Assembly (NCBI GenBank): GCA_044892525.1
Contig: CM097885.1
Coordinates: forward strand, 9,798,001 to 9,862,000
Reading direction: 5' to 3'
DNA from: Schmidtea polychroa
Taxonomy: Eukaryota
DNA length: 64,000 nt
The notes beneath the pieces were generated by a model. That model was not told the DNA's origin. It worked only from the letters and a program-made list of their open reading frames with translations, and did no database searches. The first letter of the stretch is position 1; each line of letters starts with the position of its first letter. The position numbers were made by a program, and so were the translations under genes. Below are positions 48,925 to 62,205 of this stretch, piece by piece.

Positions 48925-51900
48925 TCAGTCTTCATCAATATCAATATCATCTTTCCAACAACTTCTCCAATATCTTCTCCAACATCTTCATCAAATTCTT
49001 CTCCAACAATTTCTCCAACATTTAATTGACTTAATCTTACATGCCCATATGTTAAACTAGTATTTTTCCCCACCCAAACCCTTTTGTCATCTACGTTAGT
49101 TAGTGCTATTTTAGTATTTTTAATTGTAAAAATTTCATGATTTTTGCTTGTTATTTTTGTTTGAGGAATCGAAAAAATTTGATTAGTATGACTGATGCTT
49201 TATGTCACTACCTTTCAATGTTACACCTTTAGCCTTTTTTGTTTCCTCATCACCCAACAAGCTATAACACTTAGGTCTAAGAAAAACCTATTCCTTATAT
49301 TTAAGACCTTTATTCTCGTCTTTGAACTTTCCAATGACAGAATCAAGGTTCTTACTATATAAGGAATGACAACTATTGTAATTGGAAGTATCTAATAAAT
49401 TATCTCGAATCATTGCAGGTAAAAGAACCTCAAGTTTACAGTTAATGACTTCGAGGAAAAAAGAGTCTGTATCACCTGCAACGATATTAATTTTACAACT
49501 AAACTCATTGCGAAATGATTCTAAATCCTTATATTGTAATTCATACATTCTAAGTTTAGATAGATCAAGTACAGACTGACCAATGTAACTTGGTCTATCT
49601 AAACATAGAATCTGAATTCAATAATGCAGCAATTAAATTATCATCTATTTTAATAGATTTTTTAGAAGTTGGTTTTGATGAATATTTTACTAATTTACCG
49701 GCAGGAGTACAAAGACGAAGATAAATTCTTCTCTTTAAATTCTCTACTGTTTTGCCATATAAACTGTTATTTAACAATTTATAATAATTTTTGTCTAAGT
49801 TATTTATGCTTTTTTGACCTTAATTCTGTATTGGTAACCATGTATTTTTTAAAAATTGGAGATTTCTTAAATCTTACACCCCTATTTACACGTGTTACTT
49901 TAACACCAAGTTCCAAATATAATTTTAATAATCTCCAATTAATCACATAATTAGATTTTGGAAGATGAGTTAATAATGATTTTTCAACCTTTGACCCAGC
50001 AGGTTTCATTTTTTCAGCAGCTACAGGGAAATCATCCAACTTATCATGAAGCTCAGAAGGAATTACAAGATCAACTTCAAGAGTGTATCCATAAGACAAA
50101 GATTCAAGATTTAAATTCCTACATTCATCCATTTTTAATATAATACATCAAGAACCCAACTAAGGGTACAAAAATTTATTAAAGAAAAATAACATAACAT
50201 AACTAGTATGTTAGTAACAATAAAACAGGCAAGCTGTTATATGGAATTGAATCTTCTAGAGTGCTCTTTTAGGGATGCTGGCACTATCATCCCTACTTTA
50301 CACCACAAGGTAATGGCTGACTTAAAGCCCAACCGTAAAGATTATTAATATCTATATAAAGTAACTCTGTGTTTTCATCGGTTTTTACATAATGTTTATT
50401 TACATAAGTAAGACCACCTCTTATTCCACCCTCATCAAAGCTAAACATTTCGTTTTCAGTTCAATCGGTTAATTTAAAGACATTAATGCAGAAGACCAAG
50501 ACATACCAGGAATTCCGAAATAATTCAATGGTTCTAATCTATTATGAGCAATAGATTTCAAACGAAATTGTTGAAAGAAATCAGCCAAAAGAAAACAATC
50601 GAGTTTTAAGTATATCATCATGTAGTCTAATAAAGTTATGCAATTAGTTTCAACCCAAATCTCCTGAGCTTTTTTATACTCGTGTTCAGTGACACCTTCC
50701 CAGATTGGTGGTAATTCATAAGTAGTTTGGAGAATATCTAAAGAAGTGGCGAAATTATAAGGGAAGATTCCTTTTTCAGAAACTATAGTACCAGAAAAAG
50801 CAGAATTAGTAAAAGGCAAAGAATTCAAAGTTTTGACTGCTTTAGCTAAAGAATCATTGACAAATTGATAAGAATCAATGAATCTTAAGCTAATTTTGCC
50901 TAAATGAGCAATCAAAGAAATAGATTTTTCAGTCGTTATTGGGATGCAACCTAAAGTCCAATTTTTAAATTTATTTAATCCGTATTTAAGTATATGATGC
51001 GTATCGTATCCCTTCAAGTTATGAAATACGATAGGCAAAATTTTATTTATTTTCCTATTTATGTTACATGTACTACAAGCTGCACTCAAGTATTTCCCCG
51101 TAAAATGATCGTGATCTCTAACAGGATCAACGATAGATTTCAAACAAAGATAACAAACAGAAGCACTAACAAATTGACGTTGTTCAATTTTCGTTAATTT
51201 AATCATAGGTTTCCTACCCATTTTATAATAAAAAGGAAGAACCTTATTTAATGCTATATCCTCTATAGCACTTAAAAAAATCTCGACGCAATCTAAACCT
51301 ATGAATTGTTGATATGATTTAGATTCGTCAAAGTTATTTACAAGTAAAAGACCAGCAGATATTGGCATGTGTCGTTGGAAGTGAACATTATCGGCAAAAT
51401 CGGCATAAACTACAAAAGGAGGAGTTACTGTTTTCGACCAGTCAGTAAACTGCAATAATTTATTTTGAGGGAAAGTGTAAAGAGTTGTTCCTAATTGATT
51501 ACGTTTACATAATATTTCATGTTTTTCCAGTGCGTGTTTATACCTAAACCCATTCAAACACCGATGGCACCATAATGATTGTATGCGTGTAGGACAAGTA
51601 GTGTTGATACCACAATTCAATAATCTATTTAAATTATTTATAGCAACGTAATGGAAATTGTTTCATTTATTTAATAGTAGTAAATTAATTACAGTTCCAT
51701 TTAAAACTTTGGAACGATGTATAATGTCTAAATGTGGATGTTTTAAAACGTAATTATCAGTTAATTGTTTGCTATTGTCATAAGAAAAAACGTTAATTAT
51801 TAAGCCGGGATTTTCGGCCTCAAATTTTCTAATGTCTTTTAATTTCATGGGTAAATCTAACGGGTTGTATACTAAGTCGGATAAATTATAACTGGATGTC

Positions 51901-51950
51901 CTATTTCTATATTGTCTAACAACCTCATCATATTTTAAAATAGCTAAAAT
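48925..51950 (-). pseudogene. Protein-primed family B DNA polymerase (Polinton/Maverick/adintovirus type), copy A; 5'-truncated and frameshifted
   Basis: VVYADF, DHDHFTGKYLSAACSTCN, VFHNLKGYD, YLKLDCFLLAD, YIDINNLYGWALSQPLP, KLLNNSLYGKT, AGDTDSFF, IGKFKDE, acidic tail. Confidence 0.92.
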
Positions 51951-51951
51951 A

Positions 51952-52795
51952 CAAAATTTTTTTTTCAATAAACAAGCCAAGGATAAATATTATTTGGGTG
52001 GGTCTCCTTGGTCCTGAGAATTTCAATAGAAAAAGGTAGTCTTCAATAAAAAAGCATGGATTTTTCACACAATAGTGAGGGGATCTTCTTGGTCATGAGA
52101 ATTTCAATAGAAAAGGTGGTTTACATTAAAAACGCATAGTAAATTTTTAAAATAAAGCAAATTATGGGTCTAAAATTTAAAAATAAAGTAAATGATGGGT
52201 CTAAAAAATTTAAGTAAATCAAGGTTCAGATTTTTTTTGAAATAAAGTAAATTATGGTCTAAATAAGTAGATTATGGGCTAAGATTTTTCAATTAAAGTA
52301 AATTATGGTCCAAATTTTAAAATTAAAGTAAATTAAGGTTCTAAAAATTAAATTAAAGTAAATAATGGTCCAAATTTTTAAATTAAAGTAAATTTAGGTT
52401 CTAAAATATTAAATTAAAGTAAATAATTGTTCAAAATTTAAAATTAAAGTTAATTAAGGGCTCAACTAAGTAAATTAAGGTTCAAATTTTTAAATTAAGT
52501 AAATAATGGTTCTAAAAAAATTAAAATAAAGTAAATAAAGGTCCTAAAAAATTAAATTAAAGTAATGAATGGGCACAAATAACTAAATTAAGGTTCTAAA
52601 AAATTAAATTAAAGTTAATTAAGGTCCAAATTTTAAAATTAAGTAATCAATGGTAAAAAAAATTTAAATTAAAGTTAAATAAGTAAATTAAAGTAAGATT
52701 TTTAAATTTATTAACAAAAACTAGAAGGTGTTTGAGAATTGAAATTTTTTAATGAAATATTTTTCAATGGTAATTTTTAATGAAAATTTTTATGA

Positions 52796-52857
<62 letters not shown>

Positions 52858-53045
52858 TATTAATAATATATCAACCAAATACTATACAACACATAAAAAA
52901 TTAACTAAACACATAAAAATAACTAGACACATAACAAAACAAATAAACATTAACTAAACACATTAAAATGAACTAGACACATAACAAACATAAAAATTTA
53001 CCAAACAAATAACAAATGTATAGATATAAACTTTTATTTAATAAA
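51952..53045 (+). repeat. Terminal repeat B (outer ~140 bp missing); inverted near-identical copy of 57617-58736
   Basis: Reverse-complement identity seen by eye. Confidence 0.85.
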
Positions 53046-53046
53046 A

Positions 53047-55179
53047 TTAGTCCTCATCTTCTCCAAAATCTTCATTTAATTCTTCCTCATTTTCTCCAAC
53101 ATTTTCTGCAACATTTTCTGCAACATTATCGGAAGGTAAAATAGCCTCAAAATCGGCATAAACTACAAAAGGAGGAGTTACTGTTTTCGACCAGTCAGTA
53201 AACTGCAATAATTTATTTTGAGGGAAAGTGTAAAGAGTTGTTCCTAATTGATTACGTTTACATAATATTTCATGTTTTTCCAGTGCGTGTTTATACCTAA
53301 ACCCATTCAAACACCGATGGCACCATAATGATTGTATGCGTGTAGGACAAGTAGTGTTGATACCACAATTCAATAATCTATTTAAATTATTTATAGCAAC
53401 GTAATGGAAATTGTTTCATTTATTTAATAGTAGTAAATTAATTACAGTTCCATTTAAAACTTTGGAACGATGTATAATGTCTAAATGTGGATGTTTTAAA
53501 ACGTAATTATCAGTTAATTGTTTGCTATTGTCATAAGAAAAAACGTTAATTATTAAGCCGGGATTTTCGGCCTCAAATTTTCTAATGTCTTTTAATTTCA
53601 TGGGTAAATCTAACGGGTTGTATACTAAGTCGGATAAATTATAACTGGATGTCCTATTTCTATATTGTCTAACAACCTCATCATATTTTAAAATAGCTAA
53701 AATGCTATATAAAAAACATGAATCATCGGTGTTTTTTATATTAATTAAACAATATTTATTTTTTAGATAAGTAGGTAGTTCAATGAAACTCCTACCACTT
53801 AATCTACTTAACCTACTTATTTTTGTTATAGTGAAGTGGATTTCTGTTATATTTTTTATAATCCAACTACTTCCTAACTCTGTAATATTAGTTATTTTCT
53901 CATTTAGTTCCCTAATACCTTCATCAAAAAATGATGCAGTTAAAGGTTTTGCGTAATTGGAGATATTATTAACCTTTATTTCCCCGTCTTTTTCAAATTC
54001 GATTGTTATTCCGAATTGAATTTTGACGGAGCCTAATTCGTTAATAATATCTCGTAATTTTATAATTAATTGTTCAGGAAATATTATTTCCTTTATATTT
54101 AAGTCGCTAGTATTTAAACTTAATATTTGATGGGTACCCCTTAGATCTTTTTGTATTATGGGAACATTACCCCCTAGTTGTATTATATTTAATCCATCCC
54201 AAGAATCAAAGGAATTGAATAATCCGACCTTGGATTCAACAAAAGGCAATCCGACCTGGGATTCAACAAAAGGCAATCCGACCTGGGATTCAACAAAAGA
54301 CAATCCGTCCTGGGATTCAACAACCAATCCATCATTGGATTCAACAAAAGACAATCCGTCCTGGGATTCAACAACCAATCCATCATTGGATTCAACAAAA
54401 GACAATCCAGCCTGGGATTCAACAACTAATCCGACCTGGGATTCAAAAGAAGAAGTATCTAATTTAATTTTTTTATTTGTATTATTTTTTTCTATAGTTG
54501 AGGGTCTTTTAAAAACACTATCTTTTTTAAAATTAAACCTATCTAAATGATTTTTATGTTTATTATAAAAAACGCTATATGTTACAGGGTCACTAGTCTT
54601 ACATACGGGACATATAAAATATGTTTTATTATAATATTTTTTCGTGTAATAATTCTCCATTATAGAATGGCAATTATTATCATGTTCTTTCGATGAACAA
54701 TAATTTGGATAAAGTATACCTATAAAATAAAAATTTAATAAAAAAATATATATATAATTTAAATGAAATATTTTAATAAATGTTTACGCAAAAATTTACA
54801 AATTTTATTTACTAAAAAATAAAAATCTACTAAATTAAAAATATTAACATTTAATTAAATAAAAAATTATATTAAATTTCCTTTAAATTATATAAAAAAG
54901 TAATCAATACTTACATTGTAAATTTTCATTTCGATTTATTGACACATTGACATAATTTTTCTCTTTATTCGTATTACCTAAATTATTAATTAATTAAATC
55001 AATAAATTTAAAATTATGTTTACTTTTTCTTTTCAAATTTCCTTTAATCTTCGATTTTAAATTGTCTTTATTAATAATATCTAAATTAATTAATAAATTA
55101 ATTAATAAATAAATTAAAATTTACCAAATTCCTGAATTTTTTCTCGAACATTCATAAAGTTTTCTATTAAAGAATTCAT
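53047..55179 (-). pseudogene. pPolB copy B: spliced 5' end (exons 55179-55125, 55080-55024, 54977-54915, 54719 onward), in-frame TGA at 53416-53418, internal deletion joining Exo I to the acidic tail
   Basis: Three GT-AG introns (44, 46, 195 nt) splice in frame into the 414-aa ORF; GRSFIELP..KYCLINIKNTDDSCFLYSILA; ADFEAILPSDNV|AENV..EDED*. Confidence 0.85.
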
Positions 55180-56056
55180 TTTTAAAGGTTAATTATTTGT
55201 TAAATGTGAATAATGATTGATTATTGTTTATAGATTATTATTGTTTATAGGAACAAATTCTAACCAATCAAAATCAAGGAAGGGTAGGGGAAAAATATAT
55301 TACGTTGCGGTATTTTAAAATTAAAATTTATTTTAAAAACACATTTTGACGTTAAAGTCGAGTTATGTAACAAAGACATAATAAACTTATTATTTACTAC
55401 AAATATTTCACCTATCAAATACCTAACTAGAGATGATATATATTGATTGTTCATAAAAGCAAACTTAATCATAAATTTCTGTATATTATTTTGTAAATTA
55501 TTTCTGTAAATTAAATTTTGTATATTATTTCTGTAAATTATCAAGTAAATTTAAAGTTCTTGATAAGGTTAACTGGTTTCTTAGATTATGTTTTTTTTAA
55601 AAAAGTTCATCAATGTGTAAATATTCTTAGAAAATTATTGAAAAAAATTATTTAGTCAAATGCATTACAAAGTCATCTAAAATTAAACCAATTACTTAAT
55701 TATTAACATAAAAGTCATTAAAAAAAAAAAAAAAATTAATTTTTATTTAAAATTTAACAAATTATCAAGAAATTCAATTAAAATTATCATTAAAGCTTTA
55801 AATTTTTTAATAAATCAACATGAAATTCTTAGAAAATAATTGAAAAAAAAATATTATTACAAAGTCATATCCTATCACGTGATTATTAACCTAACTGTCA
55901 TTAAAAATAATTTTTATTTAAAATTAAAAAACCAATCAATAAAAATGCATCCAATTATCAAGAAATTAATTAAATTTATCTTAGAACTAACTTAAAATTT
56001 TTAAATATTCATTCTATCCACATGAAATTCATGAAAATGATAAAAATGATAAAAAA

Positions 56057-57616
56057 ATGAATTATTACACGAAAAAATATTATAATAAAACATATTTTAT
56101 ATGTCCCGTATGTAAGACTAGTGACCCTGTAACATATAGCGTTTTTTATAATAAACATAAAAATCATTTAGATAGGTTTAATTTTAAAAAAGATAGTGTT
56201 TTTAAAAGACCCTCAACTATAGAAAAAAATAATACAAATAAAAAAATTAAATTAGATACTTCTTCTTTTGAATCCCAGGTCGGATTAGTTTTTGAATCCC
56301 AGGCTGGATTGTCTTTTGTTGAATCCAATGATGGATTGGTTGTTGAATCCCAGGACGGATTGTCTTTTGTTGAATCCCAGGTCGGATTGCCTTTTGTTGA
56401 ATCCCAGGTCGGATTGCCTTTTGTTGAATCCCAGGTCGGATTATTCAATTCCTTTGATTCTTGGGATGGATTAAATATAATACAACTAGGGGGTAATGTT
56501 CCCATAATACAAAAAGATCTAAGGGGTACCCATCAAATATTAAGTTTAAATACTAGCGACTTAAATATAAAGGAAATAATATTTCCTGAACAATTAATTA
56601 TAAAATTACGAGATATTATTAACGAATTAGGCTCCGTCAAAATTCAATTCGGAATAACAATCGAATTTGAAAAAGACGGGGAAATAAAGGTTAATAATAT
56701 CTCCAATTACGCAAAACCTTTAACTGCATCATTTTTTGATGAAGGTATTAGGGAACTAAATGAGAAAATAACTAATATTACAGAGTTAGGAAGTAGTTGG
56801 ATTATAAAAAATATAACAGAAATCCACTTCACTATAACAAAAATAAGTAGGTTAAGTAGATTAAGTGGTAGGAGTTTCATTGAACTACCTACTTATCTAA
56901 AAAATAAATATTGTTTAATTAATATAAAAAACACCGATGATTCATGTTTTTTATATAGCATTTTAGCTATTTTAAAATATGATGAGGTTGTTAGACAATA
57001 TAGAAATAGGACATCCAGTTATAATTTATCCGACTTAGTATACAACCCGTTAGATTTACCCATGAAATTAAAAGACATTAGAAAATTTGAGGCCGAAAAT
57101 CCCGGCTTAATAATTAACGTTTTTTCTTATGACAATAGCAAACAATTAACTGATAATTACGTTTTAAAACATCCACATTTAGACATTATACATCGTTCCA
57201 AAGTTTTAAATGGAACTGTAATTAATTTACTACTATTAAATAAATGAAACAATTTCCATTACGTTGCTATAAATAATTTAAATAGATTATTGAATTGTGG
57301 TATCAACACTACTTGTCCTACACGCATACAATCATTATGGTGCCATCGGTGTTTGAATGGGTTTAGGTATAAACACGCACTGGAAAAACATGAAATATTA
57401 TGTAAACGTAATCAATTAGGAACAACTCTTTACACTTTCCCTCAAAATAAATTATTGCAGTTTACTGACTGGTCGAAAACAGTAACTCCTCCTTTTGTAG
57501 TTTATGCCGATTTTGAGGCTATTTTACCTTCCGATAATGTTGCAGAAAATGTTGCAGAAAATGTTGGAGAAAATGAGGAAGAATTAAATGAAGATTTTGG
57601 AGAAGATGAGGACTAA
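56057..57616 (+). pseudogene. pPolB copy B' (inverted duplicate lacking the leader exons)
   Basis: Identical protein to copy B apart from two fewer 9-aa repeats and about two substitutions. Confidence 0.88.
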
Positions 57617-57805
57617 TTTTATTAAATAAAAGTTTATATCTATACATTTGTTATTTGTTTGGTAAATTTTTATGTTTGTTATGTGTCTAGTTCATTTTAA
57701 TGTGTTTAGTTAATGTTTATTTGTTTTGTTATGTGTCTAGTTATTTTTATGTGTTTAGTTAATTTTTTATGTGTTGTATAGTATTTGGTTGATATATTAT
57801 TAATA

Positions 57806-57888
<83 letters not shown>

Positions 57889-58878
57889 TCATAAAAATTT
57901 TCATTAAAAATTACCATTGAAAAATATTTCATTAAAAAATTTCAATTCTCAAACACCTTCTAGTTTTTGTTAATAAATTTAAAAATCTTACTTTAATTTA
58001 CTTATTTAACTTTAATTTAAATTTTTTTTACCATTGATTACTTAATTTTAAAATTTGGACCTTAATTAACTTTAATTTAATTTTTTAGAACCTTAATTTA
58101 GTTATTTGTGCCCATTCATTACTTTAATTTAATTTTTTAGGACCTTTATTTACTTTATTTTAATTTTTTTAGAACCATTATTTACTTAATTTAAAAATTT
58201 GAACCTTAATTTACTTAGTTGAGCCCTTAATTAACTTTAATTTTAAATTTTGAACAATTATTTACTTTAATTTAATATTTTAGAACCTAAATTTACTTTA
58301 ATTTAAAAATTTGGACCATTATTTACTTTAATTTAATTTTTAGAACCTTAATTTACTTTAATTTTAAAATTTGGACCATAATTTACTTTAATTGAAAAAT
58401 CTTAGCCCATAATCTACTTATTTAGACCATAATTTACTTTATTTCAAAAAAAATCTGAACCTTGATTTACTTAAATTTTTTAGACCCATCATTTACTTTA
58501 TTTTTAAATTTTAGACCCATAATTTGCTTTATTTTAAAAATTTACTATGCGTTTTTAATGTAAACCACCTTTTCTATTGAAATTCTCATGACCAAGAAGA
58601 TCCCCTCACTATTGTGTGAAAAATCCATGCTTTTTTATTGAAGACTACCTTTTTCTATTGAAATTCTCAGGACCAAGGAGACCCACCCAAATAATATTTA
58701 TCCTTGGCTTGTTTATTGAAAAAAAAATTTTGTATTTAAAATCCCAGAAAACATTGGGCATTACGGCAACAATTATGTAATCAAAAAATGTCTACGGAAA
58801 AAGTTATGTAATCAAAAGTTTGCAACATTTTTACCCCCCCCCCCCTCTATTGTTCCCGTAAGCTCCTAACTACCTACT
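57617..58878 (-). repeat. Terminal repeat B', complete, ending ...CTAACTACCTACT (5'-AGTAGGTAG on -)
   Basis: AG-initiated end, as expected for Polintons; homologous to the 48041 end. Confidence 0.8.
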
Positions 58879-58879
58879 A

Positions 58880-59385
58880 ATCTGGAAAACTCTTTGTAGC
58901 ATTTTCATCTGCTGATGCTACTTCTCCTTTTATTTTTACATTATGAAATGCCTGCCTTTTTAGGAATCCTGTCAGCCATCCTTCAATTGCATTAAATGTC
59001 ATTGTCGTCATTGCATTGACACTTGTTGGTGGCTACAATTCCCGAAGTCGTTTGTATATTCTAAGGGTCTTTTCCTTTATAATTTTTCCATCTATAGGTA
59101 TTTTTTTCTGCAGCTAATCCTCTATCCAAACCACTAAACTTTTTTCCATTCTCTCCGAGATAATATTTCGGCTATATGACGATATATTTGGAACTGATGT
59201 TCGATCCAGAAATTACTGATCGTCGAATGGAATCCTCACTTTTTTATGGTTCTGATAGTCGCTTCACTTAAACAAAAATCTTTGCCAACAGATGTGGGAC
59301 CTACGCCTCTCTCAAGACTGTCTAAGAATTTTATTTTAGTTTCCAAAGAAGTCGCTTGTCGCTTCCGATTATTTTTTAGGCATCT
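58880..59385 (-). mobile_element. Tigger/pogo transposase N-terminal remnant, cut by the Polinton terminus
   Basis: RKRQATSLETKIKFLDSLERG..LSEATIRTI; MEKSLVVWIED; FNAIEGWLTGFLKR..KGEVASAD. Confidence 0.8.
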
Positions 59386-59789
59386 TATTAATCGGCTATA
59401 ATAAAAATTAAAATAAAAACACTTAATAAAAAATTTTTAAATCTAAAAAAATAACATTACCAGTTTATTAAAATTTCCTTATGTAAGTAAAACTTCTTAA
59501 AAATAATAATTTTTGCAGGAAATTACCAGTTTATTAAAATTTCCTTTAGTAAAATAAAATAATTACTAAAAAATTTAAAATTAAAAAAAATAACATTACC
59601 AGTTTATTAAAATTTCCTTATGTAAGTAAAATTAAATAAGTAAAAAAAAATATTTGTCAAAATAACAATAAAAACAAAATTAAAACATTAATATTTTTTG
59701 GAAATAGTGTTAAACCGAATATTTCGTGCAAAAAAAAGAAGATTTGTTCCTTTTTTGTGGACCGTGTTATTTCAAAATCGTGTAAAAAA

Positions 59790-60248
59790 GAGTTGGGTGT
59801 ATATGATGTACAATAATTATCATTATCAAAATCTTGAGTATAAGTTTCTCGATAATCAGTATTTTTCGATAATGATAGAGAAGTTACACTAAAATTTTTG
59901 AATAATGATGAAGATGTATCATAAGATCCGTTATATTGAGCTTCACTTTGAATAGTTACAAGGATAAATTAGGCATTCTTCGAACAGTAAATATTTGCCC
60001 TTATAAAAAGATGATGCTACTTTAGCAAATGCAAATGATACAATTTCTTTTGTCTTTATCGGATAAATTGCATGTTTGGTATTTAATCCAATTTGATGTC
60101 CAGCTAATACAGATGATTCACATCAAACTCTTCGAACCATTAATTTAGCATCGAGTAATATTAATTTAGGTGCTGCACCTGCAACTCCAGTTGATAATGA
60201 CAATGCAGAGTCAGATCTTTTCAATCTCATGCGTACATTAACACCTAA
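59790..60248 (-). pseudogene. Polinton/adintovirus major capsid protein fragment, copy 2
   Basis: GVNVRMRLKRSDSALSL..LDAKLMVRRV*..SVLAGHQIGLNTKHAIYPIKT. Confidence 0.75.
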
Positions 60249-60318
60249 ATATTATTATTATTATCATTATTATTATTATAACATTATACTTGAACTTTTT
60301 ATAAGTTTTTATTATTAC

Positions 60319-60379
<61 letters not shown>

Positions 60380-60869
60380 GTGAATTGTAATTGTTTGAGT
60401 TTGCACATGGATTGAAAGGTCTTTGTTAATATTGCATAAAAACTGCATCGTCTTTGTTAAAATTACTTTCAATTTGTTAACACATATATCAACAATAATA
60501 TTACGTTGCGAGTGTTTAGACTATTGAACTACATATTGAATTACCTTTCGAATGATACCTATATTATATAGTTTTTAAAATGTTGAGATTTTGACCATTT
60601 GAAGGTTAAGGATACATCTTAAACCTTCAAGGATATGATCATTGGATGGAGCTTTTCAAGACCTTTCGAATGATACCCATAAAGTTTGACATCATTTGAC
60701 CCTTTTAAAATTTGAATTTGAAATGAGTCACCCCGATGAGTCATCATTGACGTTATTTATGAATCACCGGGGTGGGTATGAGTCATGTTCTCTGTTATGA
60801 GTCATTGATGAATCATATGTCTTTGTTTAACGATGAGTCATGCAGCACATTTGTACCTACTCACAATTC

Positions 60870-61403
60870 AAGTTTTTATCTAAATACCCAAATTTCTAAC
60901 AATACTCTGCATATATGTAGCACAGTAATTATAATTTTCGAAATCTTGAGTATATGTTTCTCTATAATCATTATTTTTAGACAAAGTCAATGATGTAACA
61001 CCAAAGTTTTGAAAATTGAGCTGAAAGCAGTATATGATCCATTATATTGTGTTTCACTTTGAAATGTAATCAGAATAGAATTAGGCATTCTTCTGTCACC
61101 AAATATTTGTTCTTTATAGAATGATGAAGCACCTTTAGCAATAGCAAATTGTACAATTTCATTTGTTTTTAATGGATAAATTGCATGTTTTGAATTAAGA
61201 CCCAATTGATGACAAGCTAATACTGATAGGTCTACTCGAACTCTTCTCACCAATAATTTTGCATCAACTAATTGGCATATTGGTGCACTTGCACTAGTAA
61301 GAGATATTGCAGAATTGGACTTTTTCAATCTAATGTGTACATTAACTCCTGGAAGTAAATATTTAGGTTGATCCATAAAGTCGAGTTGTAATGATGAGCA
61401 CAT
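60870..61403 (-). pseudogene. Polinton/adintovirus major capsid protein fragment, copy 1
   Basis: DFMDQPKYLLPGVNVHIRLKKS..AKLLVRRVRVDLSVLACH..AIYP..MPNSILITF..YNGSY follows the Maverick capsid pattern (QxKxLLxGVxxRIRL, VRKV, AxYP, NGxY). Confidence 0.8.
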
Positions 61404-61869
61404 GGTGAGTTGATTTTCATTTCTCGAGAAATGAGAAATCTCGAAATCGCTTTTCCAAATTTCTCGAGATTTTTCTAGAAATTTGAAAAGTGAATAAGTG
61501 TATTTGAAATAAGAAAATATAACATTTAAAATGTATATATCAATATTAGTAAACCTATTATCTTAGTATGTAAATGAAATATAACATCTAGAGAATAATA
61601 AACATTTAAAATTGTATTATTATAAATTGCGTATAATAAAATAAATCATTATTTATTGTTTTTGAAATAACCCTTTAAGAAATACATTGCGTCCAAAGTT
61701 TTAACACACATTCTTGCTCATTTTTTGTCAAGATATTTTCTGATGTTGAAACATTTCTTTCGTTTTGAGTGACGTCGGTTTAATTGACAACAACGCGTCA
61801 AATAAGCATTGTAAATTATCCGTTCTCTTTCCAGTCGATTCATATATTTTTTTTTCTATTACTCCATAA

Positions 61870-62205
61870 GACAAAGGTCTTTTTTATTTATCTGGTGTAT
61901 CAAAAATGATATTTCCAAAGGGAAAACCACAACAACTTATCAGTAGAAGTAACAATTACCCCACAATATATTTCAAAACTGGTAAATGTAGAATTATGGG
62001 GTGTAAGGAAATAATCATAGCTAATGAATATAATGTTTATGATTTAGAAATAAAATCGATAACAGTAACTTCTGATATGGGTTTTGCTTGAAATTTAAAT
62101 AACTTGGCGAAATCAATACCATGCGTTTACGAACCAGAATTATTTCCAGCCTTAAGATATATAAAATATAACCCTATGTGTGTTTATATATTCGCTAGTG
62201 GTTAG
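61870..62205 (+). pseudogene. Divergent TATA-binding-protein-like gene, intronless, with internal stop
   Basis: IYFKTGKCRIMGCK..DLEIKSITVTSDMGFA*NLNNLAKSIPCVYEPELFPALRYIKYNPMCVYIFASG versus TBP [26 protein letters not shown]. Confidence 0.8.

Noticed and set aside
52140..52700. CRISPR-like array
   Set aside because: Degenerate tandem repeats without unique spacers, inside a Polinton terminal repeat in eukaryotic DNA.
57245..57247. In-frame TGA shared by all three pPolB copies, considered as programmed readthrough or an alternative code
   Set aside because: The divergent paralog at ~47830 has AGA (Arg) at the aligned position, the context is not the leaky UGA-C, and MFS paralog 2 ends in TGA. 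A nonsense mutation predating duplication is simpler.
48041..58878. A single intact Polinton bounded by these two ends
   Set aside because: The ends are diverged, the flanks (TCAGTC versus AATCTG) are not a TSD, the flanking sequences are unrelated, and no integrase or ATPase lies between.
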